DNA of 64,000 nucleotides from Hyphomicrobiales bacterium (lineage in GTDB: Bacteria > Pseudomonadota > Alphaproteobacteria > Reyranellales > Reyranellaceae), in contig JBEPUH010000024.1 in assembly GCA_041691635.1 (NCBI GenBank), positions 4,677 through 68,676 on the forward strand, given 5' to 3'. Every line of letters begins with the position of its first letter. The first letter of the stretch is position 1. The notes beneath the pieces were generated by a model. It saw only the letters and a program-made list of their open reading frames with translations, was not told the origin of the DNA and did not search any database. The translations under genes were made by a program, and so were the position numbers. Of the stretch, positions 49,457-56,227 are shown piece by piece.

Positions 49457-50275
49457 ATGCAGGGTTTGACGCGCAAGATCGTGGGCGATCGGTGGGACAG
49501 CACGTTCGTCGCCCGGTTGCGTCGCTACGTTGAGTTCAGTGCCTCTGACATCGAGGATCTGCGCGACCTGCTCGAGGGAGAGCAGAGCGTGCGCAAGCGT
49601 CGCGACGTCGTGGTCGAAGGCGGCAGTCACGCCAAGCTCAGCTTCGTGAAGGACGGCTTCGCCGCGCGCTACAAGGTACTGCGCAACGGCAAGCGTCAGA
49701 TCGTCAACATCATCGTGCCGGGCGACGTCGTCGGCCTGCCGGGAAGTTTCCTCGACGCCGCCTCCTTCTCCGTCGTGGCACTCACCGACATGAAGCTCGA
49801 GGTCTGCGCACTCGATGACTATGTGGCGCTCTGCTATCGCCGGCCCAAGTTCGGTCTCGCCTTGAGCTGGCTTGCCGTGCACGAGGCGACGACCTACGCC
49901 GAGCACATCGTCGACATCGGCCGCCGCACCGCGCTCGAGCGCGTGGCGCACTTCCTGCTCGAGATCCACGCCCGCCTCGCCGCGGTCGGCCGCGCCGCCG
50001 CGACGGCGTTCGACCTTCCGGTGTCGCAGGAAGTCATGAGCGATGCGCTCGGCCTCAGCGTCCCGCACATCAACCGCATGCTGGCCGAGCTGCGCGAGAG
50101 CGGCATGATCGCGCTCGCCGGCCGGCACGTGAGCTTTGCAGACTTGAGGCGCATCCAGCAGCTCGCGCATTTCGAGCCGGCCCGGCTGACCCGCATCCCC
50201 ACGCCGTCGCGGCCGGCGGCCGCGCTGGTGACCAAGCGCGCCCACGCGGTCGATCGTCACGTGGGTCGCGCCTGA
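49457..50275 (+). CDS. Crp/Fnr family transcriptional regulator
   Basis: cNMP-binding-like beta-barrel (DVVVEGGSHAKLSFVKDGFAARYKVLRNGKRQIVNIIVPGDVVG). C-terminal HTH (VSQEVMSDALGLSVPHINRMLAELRESGMI). No N-terminal Cys cluster. The ATG at 49457 follows GGGTGGGGA; the ORF is also open from 49430. Confidence 0.85.
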   Translation: MQGLTRKIVGDRWDSTFVARLRRYVEFSASDIEDLRDLLEGEQSVRKRRDVVVEGGSHAKLSFVKDGFAARYKVLRNGKRQIVNIIVPGDVVGLPGSFLDAASFSVVALTDMKLEVCALDDYVALCYRRPKFGLALSWLAVHEATTYAEHIVDIGRRTALERVAHFLLEIHARLAAVGRAAATAFDLPVSQEVMSDALGLSVPHINRMLAELRESGMIALAGRHVSFADLRRIQQLAHFEPARLTRIPTPSRPAAALVTKRAHAVDRHVGRA

Positions 50276-50333
50276 ATTGTCGGCGGCCCCCGGCGGCCGC
50301 ACTATGGTGCGGTCGCCTTTCAGGAGGACCGCC

Positions 50334-51113
50334 ATGGATCCCGTGATCCGCACCAAGGACGCCTACCGCGCGCGCACGACCGCCGAGATGAACCGGCATC
50401 TGGTCCCGCCGCCCTGGGGCCTGCGCGAGAAACTGGCGCTGACCTGTCGCATCCTGGCCGACGAGGGCCATGAATCGGCGACCGCCGGCCAGATCACGGC
50501 GCGCGGCGAGGCGCCGGGCACCTACTGGATGCTGAGCTTCGGCCTCGGCTTCGACGAGGCCCAACTGTCCAACATCGTGCTGGTCGACGACGACCTCAAT
50601 CTCCTCGAAGGCGACGGCATGGTGAACCCGTCGAACCGCTTTCACCTCTGGATCTATCGCCACCGGCCGTCGGTCAACGCCATCGTCCACACCCACCCGC
50701 CGCACGTCTCGGCGCTGTCGATGATCGGCCGGCCGCTGGTCGCCTCGCACATGGACACCTCGATGTTCCATGGCGACTGCGCCTGGCTGCCCGAGTGGCC
50801 CGGCGTGCCGATCGGCGACGAGGAAGGACGCATCATCAACGACGCGCTGGGCAACAACCGCGCGATCCTGCTGGCCCATCACGGCCAACTCGTGGCGACC
50901 GGCACGATGGAGGAAGCCTGCGTGCTGGCGATCTTCATCGAGCGCGCGGCCAAGCTGCAGCTGATGGCCGAGGCCGTGGCGCCGATCATGCCGATCGATC
51001 CGGCACTGGCGCGCGAGGCGCACGACTACCGCCTGAAGCAGCGCGCGGTGGCGGCGACGTTCCACTACTTCGCCCGCCGCACCCTCAAGAAGAACCCCGA
51101 CGCGCTGGGCTAG
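50334..51113 (+). CDS. class II aldolase/adducin family protein
   Basis: NRFHLWIYRHRPSVNAIVHTHPPHVSAL...LLAHHGQLVATGTMEEA. RBS AGGAGGA before the ATG at 50334. Confidence 0.85.
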   Translation: MDPVIRTKDAYRARTTAEMNRHLVPPPWGLREKLALTCRILADEGHESATAGQITARGEAPGTYWMLSFGLGFDEAQLSNIVLVDDDLNLLEGDGMVNPSNRFHLWIYRHRPSVNAIVHTHPPHVSALSMIGRPLVASHMDTSMFHGDCAWLPEWPGVPIGDEEGRIINDALGNNRAILLAHHGQLVATGTMEEACVLAIFIERAAKLQLMAEAVAPIMPIDPALAREAHDYRLKQRAVAATFHYFARRTLKKNPDALG

Positions 51114-51263
51114 CCAACTCCATCTGGCTAGGCTCGCCCATTTCCGACAGAATGCGGGAACGCGACTGGTATGGCGGATGAATAGAGGAAGCTGAAGGCC
51201 AGAACAGCAATGGCGAAGCCAACTAGCGTTTTCGATTCGAAGGTATTCTCGCCACCTTGAATC

Positions 51264-51353
51264 ATGAATTGCACCGACACCTGCCCGAAGCGGCTGAACC
51301 CTGACAAGGCCATTGGCGCGATCAAGCAGCTGATCCTGGAGCGTCAGGTCTGA
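51264..51353 (+). pseudogene. C-terminal fragment of succinate dehydrogenase/fumarate reductase iron-sulfur subunit (sdhB-like)
   Basis: The 29-codon [32 protein letters not shown] matches the remembered SdhB C-terminus (E. coli ...[29 protein letters not shown]). A stop lies two codons upstream in frame and no further SdhB sequence is present. Confidence 0.6.
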
Positions 51354-51384
51354 CAGTCGGCCCCGCCGCCCATCCCGAACCAGT

Positions 51385-51762
51385 TTAGGGCGCCCTCCCA
51401 TCGCGGAAGCGGGAAGCGCGTTCAACGAGGTCGATCATGTGGGCCGCCGCATGGATCGTCAGCGGATGATGCGTGAAGCCCGGCCTCGGGGATATGTAGG
51501 GCGCCATCTCGCGCGCCAGGTCGAGTTGCCGGTCCGATGCCGTGGCCAGCAGCGAAATCACCAGGTTCTCCAACGCGATCACGCGGATGTGGAGCATCAC
51601 CAACTCGGCGTCGGCTGCTTGCGGAATCGGCGTTTGATCTTGTACCGGCGTCGGACCCTTCGCCGGACCGCGTGGCCCGGCACCCCCCTCGTTGTCCCAT
51701 CGGGACAACGCTCGTTCACGCTGCTTCGAGGCGTCGCGAGTATCGGAACGTTGACGAGGCAT
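51385..51762 (-). CDS. hypothetical protein with RWDNEGGA motif
   Basis: MPRQRSDTRDASKQRERALSRWDNEGGAGP..., then a conserved-looking helical half (LHIRVIALENLVISLLA). RBS GGAGGAGA. I recall the xWxNEGGA motif from small proteins of Rhizobiales. Confidence 0.55.
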   Translation of the reverse strand: MPRQRSDTRDASKQRERALSRWDNEGGAGPRGPAKGPTPVQDQTPIPQAADAELVMLHIRVIALENLVISLLATASDRQLDLAREMAPYISPRPGFTHHPLTIHAAAHMIDLVERASRFRDGRAP

Positions 51763-51788
51763 GTGGCTGTCTCCTCCAGCATTGCAGC

Positions 51789-52101
51789 TCAAGATGATCT
51801 TGCAAACCCAGCTCCGGCGGACGCCGCGGGATCATCATGATGGAACTCGACGTAGAAGCGCACCGGTCCGAGAGGCTCGACATGATGCCGGACCTCTGGC
51901 TCGACCACGCCTGGCCGGCCTGGCTCCAGGATGCTTTGCGAAGATGGGCTGTCGATGCAAACGCAACCTGCCTTCGTCGACATGTATCAAACCCCACACG
52001 CCGCGCTTGGTTTCGTGCCAACTCAGCAGGGCCGCCGGCACCGTGTCCTGCGTGAACATAGCCGTCCGCCGGTAAGCCACGTATCCTGCTGGAATGGGCA
52101 T
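51789..52101 (-). pseudogene. DUF1971 (TehB C-terminal-like / YeaR-like) protein, frameshifted
   Basis: N-terminal part MPIPAGYVAYRRTAMFTQDTVPAALLSWHETKRGVWGLIHVDEGRLRL (ORF 51835..52101). It continues in another frame as IDSPSSQSILEPGRPGVVEPEVRHHVEPLGPVRFYVEFHH (ORF 51789..51983). The shift is near 51953-51960. Confidence 0.7.
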
Positions 52102-52113
52102 GATTGTCTCCCA

Positions 52114-52559
52114 CTACTGATAACCGATATTCATAACGTAATCTCGAAGAAAGGATTCTTCGTCCTCGACTTCTCCCAGCAAGTTCTGAAGAGCATCTCG
52201 CGCATAGATGATGCCGATCGGTATCCTTCGCCCATCGACAATCGGAATGCGTTGCAGGTCTCGTTTCTTCATCGCCGACCAGACATCTTGCAGCCCCTCG
52301 TCCTGCCGGCAAGAAACGACATCGCGCGTCATGATCGTGTCCACTCCGGCGATGCAGCCGCCCCCGTGGCCCCCTGTCTGATCTTCCCGACAAACTCGGT
52401 CTTCGTGACGACGCCGATCATGCGCCTGTCGTCGTCGCACACGACAATGAGATCGGAGTGAGGCTTCGACATCGGCTCGGCCGCCTCCATCACCAACCCT
52501 CCGGCGCCGATGGTCGCGAGGCGATCACGCGCTCTGGGCAACATCTGCTCGACAAACAT
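52114..52559 (-). pseudogene. CBS-pair domain protein, frameshifted
   Basis: MFVEQMLPRARDRLATI...LIVVCDDDRRMIGVVTKTEFVGKIRQ (ORF 52329..52559). It continues in another frame as GHGGGCIAGVDTIMTRDVVSCRQDEGLQDVWSAMKKRDLQRIPIVD...LRDYVMNIGYQ (ORF 52114..52440). The shift falls in C-runs at about 52357-52380. Confidence 0.7.
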
Positions 52560-52570
52560 TCCTCACCTCG

Positions 52571-53158
52571 TCAAGCGTCCAAGCTTGTGGTGTACGTCAA
52601 ATGGCCATCGGCGATGCGCGCCGGCGCGGTCCACGGATGCTCGGTCGCGCTATGGGGACCCATGATATGCAGCACGCGCGCCCCGCGCGCCTTCAGGGCG
52701 TCGGCGATCATCGAACGATGGCAGCGCCACCACACCGCTTCGGCGCACATCACGGCAGTGCGTCTCTTGCGCGACAGGGCGATCAGTACCTCGAGGCCTT
52801 TGCCGAACGCCGCGGTCTGCATGTAGTCGGCGTACCCGCGGAACGAGGCGTTGCGCCACGCCACGTTCGGCGAATCCGCGTGCGTCCGACGCCGGCCGCC
52901 GAGCGCTTCCAGCCAGTGGTATCCCAGTTGGTGTTCGGCCAGTGCCTCGCCGAGTGCGACCTTTCCATACTGAGGGCAATGCCGCGAGCCGGGATGGCTG
53001 CGCACGTCGACAACGGCTTCGATCCGGTTTTCCGAGAGCAAGCCTAGGAACCCCTCCAAAGGCCGGGCGGAATGGCCAATCGTCCAGACGGTCAGGCCGG
53101 CCGTCGCGACCGCTGCGGTATTGCGGTCCATGGCTGTCTTTCGAGGGGGATGCGCCAT
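52571..53158 (-). CDS. DUF488 domain-containing protein
   Basis: VWTIGHSARPLEGFLGLL....IEAVVDVRS.P.SR..PQY........L...GY.W...LGG.R...........N.SFRGYADYM.T..F..GL..L.......RTAVMCAE..WWRCHR. The start is uncertain (53158 or 53131). Confidence 0.75.
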   Translation of the reverse strand: MAHPPRKTAMDRNTAAVATAGLTVWTIGHSARPLEGFLGLLSENRIEAVVDVRSHPGSRHCPQYGKVALGEALAEHQLGYHWLEALGGRRRTHADSPNVAWRNASFRGYADYMQTAAFGKGLEVLIALSRKRRTAVMCAEAVWWRCHRSMIADALKARGARVLHIMGPHSATEHPWTAPARIADGHLTYTTSLDA

Positions 53159-53298
53159 GTCACTCTTTGGATACAGGGAAGAGTCGTCGGAGCGCGCCTG
53201 AACTGGGAAACCAACGGGTAAAGGTTCGACAGGTTCCGGACATCCGTTGTGATACGGTCCACCGGCCTGTCCGGCGCCGCACTTCGGGAGATCGAGCC

Positions 53299-53511
53299 AT
53301 GACAAAGACATTCAAGGTCGGGGATCACGTAACCTGGAATTCCGAGGCCGGACACGTCAGAGGCAAGATCGTGAAAGTGCATCGCAAGGACGTGAACTAC
53401 AAAGGATATGTCCACCATGCGAGCGCCGAAGCCCCTCAATATGCGATCAAGAGCGACAAGAGCGATCACATCGCCTTGCACAAGGGCACCGCCCTGAAGC
53501 TCGTCGGCTGA
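53299..53511 (+). CDS. DUF2945 domain-containing small protein
   Basis: MTKTFKVGDHVTWNSEAGHVRGKIVKVHRKDVNYKGYVHHASAEAPQYAIKSDKSDHIALHKGTALK matches my recollection of DUF2945. RBS GGGAG. Confidence 0.7.
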   Translation: MTKTFKVGDHVTWNSEAGHVRGKIVKVHRKDVNYKGYVHHASAEAPQYAIKSDKSDHIALHKGTALKLVG

Positions 53512-54125
53512 TGACGATTCCGGCGCGGGGTCTCGGCTGGCGTTGTGCTCAATTCGGCACACACGCCAACTGCTTCACCGGGTAGGTTTTTCGAGGCGCT
53601 ACGACGCGGCATTCATGATCGATCGCGGGCGAGAGCAAGACCAGCGGCATGGACTACGGCCACGCTACGGCGACAGCCCTGAACAACTGGAACCCAAGAC
53701 GCACCGCGAGTTAAAGGAAGTGGCTGGGAGTACGAAGTGGCTGGAGTACATCGAGTCCAACAACTGGACGCCAGTAGCCAAGGCTGGCATGGCCGTGATG
53801 ATCGCCGAAACGGCCGCTGAGATTGCTGGTCAAAAAGAACCAGACAGGGCGATGCGCTGGAGGGTTATAATGAGGTTGCATGCCATAGGAGTTTCTCCAT
53901 GCTGGCAATTACCCACTTCCCCGCTTATCCAAGGTCAGTCCATCTGGTTTTTACTGACGCCCCCCCCAACGGTTCGTCACCGCCAAGCGAACAACCCGTC
54001 GCCGCTCAGAACCACCTCGTAGTTCGACGCGTATTTTCAAGTCAGCGCCGAGAATATTCTTGGTCGCCACGAGGTCGGAATGACGCCCAGTCCACCTGGA
54101 TGACCACCTTCGCCAGAGACCAGTC

Positions 54126-55082
54126 ATGAGACCCGTGAGTCGTCGCGCACTAGTTGCTTCGCTGCCCGGCATCGCCCTTTTTGGCCGGCGCTCGATGGCC
54201 CAGCGCACGCAGCTCAAGATCGGCACCGCCACGGAAGGTGGTGGATATACGGCCTTTGCGGATGAGTTCATTGATGCCGTCAAGCCAATCGACGCTTCGC
54301 TTGAGTTCACCGCAGTGAGTACCACAGGCAGCATCGAGAACTTGAAACAGCTCGAGAAGAGCACGATGGATCTCGGATTGGTGCAGGGGCAGGTCGCGTA
54401 CGAAGCCCTTCATGGCATCGACCGCCCAATCACCGCAGCCAAAGTCGTGACCGTGGCGTTTGTGACAGCCGGAAAATTCGCGGTGCGGGCCGAAAGCCGC
54501 TTCCACAGCATTACGGATCTCAAGGGCGCTCGCGTTGTGTGGGGGATGCGCAACTCCGGCAACGATCTTCTTGGCTGGCGCATGATGGAAGCTATCGGCC
54601 TCGACCCTGAGAAGGATTTTCAGGCGATTTTTGTCACGCGCGCGATTGATGGCCCCGCCATGATTATCGACGGTCGCGCCTCGGCGTTGTGGGGTAGCGG
54701 CATCGGTTCGCCCAATTTCATCAGGGTCGCAAATCAATTACGGGGCGCACGCTTCGTTACGCCGAACACCAACGAAATGGAACGCATGCTCGCCAGGAAC
54801 AGTTTCCTGCAACGCGTCACGGTGCCGGCTCGCACCTATCGCGGCCAAGACGCGCCAATCGACACTGTCGGATCGTGGACCTTCATGATGGCCCGGCCGG
54901 ATCTCGACGACACAATCGGCTATCGACTGGCAGCAACCCTGCAAAAAATCGAACGCGGTAGCTTGCCGACCAGACTTCTCTCCCAAGCAAAGGCAACGGA
55001 GACGATCGCGGCCCTGCAAGGTCTGGATGCGCTACAGGGTGGCGTGAAGCGATTCTATAAGAAAGAGGGACTCCTCCCATAG
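54126..55082 (+). CDS. TAXI family TRAP transporter solute-binding subunit (orphan)
   Basis: LKIGTATEGGGYTAFADEF...STTGSIENLKQLEKSTMDLGLVQGQVAYEA...ITDLKGARVVWG.RNSG...RFYKKEGLL follows the TAXI pattern. No TRAP permease gene is adjacent. Confidence 0.75.
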   Translation: MRPVSRRALVASLPGIALFGRRSMAQRTQLKIGTATEGGGYTAFADEFIDAVKPIDASLEFTAVSTTGSIENLKQLEKSTMDLGLVQGQVAYEALHGIDRPITAAKVVTVAFVTAGKFAVRAESRFHSITDLKGARVVWGMRNSGNDLLGWRMMEAIGLDPEKDFQAIFVTRAIDGPAMIIDGRASALWGSGIGSPNFIRVANQLRGARFVTPNTNEMERMLARNSFLQRVTVPARTYRGQDAPIDTVGSWTFMMARPDLDDTIGYRLAATLQKIERGSLPTRLLSQAKATETIAALQGLDALQGGVKRFYKKEGLLP

Positions 55083-55122
55083 TGCGTCAGTTCGCTTGCT
55101 GGAGAGGTGTATAGTTGCGGAC

Positions 55123-55337
55123 ATGGCGGACAAACAGCGCATCAACTGGTCCTACCTCTCGCGCACGATCCGGCTCTCCCTCCTGGCCCCGACATCGTCG
55201 AGGCCATCCTGAACGGAACGCAGCCGGCCACGCTGCATCCTTCGGATCTTGAGGGCCCCTTCCCGGTCGACTGGGAGCAGCAGCGCGCCGCGTTCGGCTT
55301 CAGCTGCAAACTCTCGTCGCAGGAGCCTCCCACGTAG
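55123..55337 (+). pseudogene. C-terminal remnant of a recombinase (serine recombinase-type tail), frameshifted
   Basis: ADKQRINWSYLSRTIRLSLLAP (frame a), then DIVEAILNGTQPATLHPSDLEGPFPVDWEQQRAAFGF (frame b). LAPDIVEAIL.G.QP......L...FP.DW..QR is a tail I recall from recombinase-family proteins of alphaproteobacteria. The catalytic domain is absent. The shift is in a C4 run at 55187-55190. Confidence 0.5.
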
Positions 55338-55795
55338 ACTGCCTTTCCCGTCGTAGACCGCCTAAACCGTCGCGAAATCGGGCCTGGCACCCTGGCCATG
55401 AAGGACCGCACACGCGCGGGCGTAGCGACGCCTCACTAAAAAATTGCCCGAGGGTTAGCTGCGGTCGGTCGATGGCACCCGTTAGCGAACCCCGGACGCT
55501 CCGGCCTATGCCAGGAAATAGAATGAACTTGTATCCAGCGTACCGAAGACCTCTCGGTCAACACGGACGGAGAAAGGTTCGATCTCTCGAGAAGATTTTG
55601 GCGATGGCCAACAACGCGCTCGACAGCAGCTGCACCCAATCACCGCCGTACGGGGCTAATTCCAACGCGGCAGCAAGGCCAGAAAATCATTTGAATCGGG
55701 GAATTGGCGGGCCACAGGCAACCATCGAAAAACAGCCCCCGAAGACAGTAATAAAGTCTCCCGAACTGGCAATTTTACGGCCGAATCGCAAATTG

Positions 55796-55880
55796 CGTCC
55801 CGAAGCGCGTAAAATGCCAGCTCGCGGGACTGACCTCCAGTTTAGGAAACCGCTGCTCTATCCGGCTGAGCTACGGGGAC
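55796..55880 (-). pseudogene. tRNA-Arg(CCU)-like pseudogene with aberrant T-arm
   Basis: The minus strand reads GTCCCCG TA GCTC AGCCGGATA GAGC A GCGGT TTCCTAA ACTGG AGGTC. That gives a canonical acceptor-5', D-arm, anticodon arm (4 of 5 pairs, anticodon CCT) and variable loop. About 30 nt with no GTTCRANYC T-loop follow, then CGGGAC-G (the acceptor-3' lacks one G). Confidence 0.6.
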
Positions 55881-55975
55881 GTGACGGGCGATATAGCATC
55901 CGATGCCCGTGCCGTCTGCCTTTTTGGGAGGCCGCTAACGATGCCGGAAGTGGCCATCCACAGGCCCACAAAGCT

Positions 55976-56001
55976 GTCAGGGACTTTTGTCAGGGACTTT
56001 G
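55976..56001. repeat. 13-nt tandem direct repeat (2 units)
   Basis: gtcagggactttt gtcagggactttg, located between the tRNA-like pseudogene and the tRNA-like 3' end. Confidence 0.6.
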
Positions 56002-56047
56002 TTCGCGTTTCCGTCCTCCGGCCGCGCCGCCACCGTGGAAGTTACTT

Positions 56048-56076
56048 AGGGGTTCGAGTCCCCCTCTGGCACGCCA
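56048..56076 (+). other. tRNA-like 3' end fragment (T-arm, acceptor 3' strand, CCA); possible att-site relic
   Basis: A-GGGG-TTCGAGT-CCCC(C)-TCTGGCAC-G-CCA. The T-loop TTCGAGT with a GGGG/CCCC stem is followed by an encoded CCA. No matching 5' acceptor strand (GTGCCAG) was seen upstream in 55081-56040. The geometry is off by one nucleotide from a canonical tRNA. Confidence 0.4.
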
Positions 56077-56227
56077 TTTCAGGCGAAGGAGAGAACTTCG
56101 GGCCAAGCCTGTGAAGCTCCGGCTTTCGCGAGTTTCTCCAAGATTGTGGACGGGTCCTCCAAGCTCACGCCGTGATGGTCGACGATGACGGCGTCCTGAA
56201 TCAGCCGCATAATCGCCGCGACTTGTC

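Noticed and set aside
51128-51325. A 65-aa minus-strand ORF with one hydrophobic segment, considered as a small membrane protein.
   Set aside because: It overlaps the better-supported sdhB tail fragment on the opposite strand. It has no RBS and no recognisable family.
55440-55880. A group I intron interrupting the tRNA-Arg(CCU)-like gene, as known for some alphaproteobacterial tRNA-Arg(CCU) genes.
   Set aside because: The sequence downstream of the anticodon keeps the 3' anticodon-stem strand and variable loop in place, so there is no insertion in the loop. I could not find IC3 core elements (GAAACCTAA-type P4 region, AGAGACT-GACGG P7 region). I also found no downstream 3' exon with a GGTTCGAATCC-type T-arm.
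55440-56080. A two-piece (permuted) alphaproteobacterial tmRNA gene, suggested by the tRNA-like 3' end with encoded CCA.
   Set aside because: No ANDN...AA tag reading frame with a stop is present on either strand. The acceptor would pair as G3:C70 rather than the G3:U70 alanine identity element. No complementary 5' acceptor strand is present downstream.
55472-56188. A 238-aa ORF spanning the non-coding stretch.
   Set aside because: It is Arg/Pro-rich, runs straight through both tRNA-like elements and has no recognisable domain. The surrounding region is better explained as decayed non-coding DNA.
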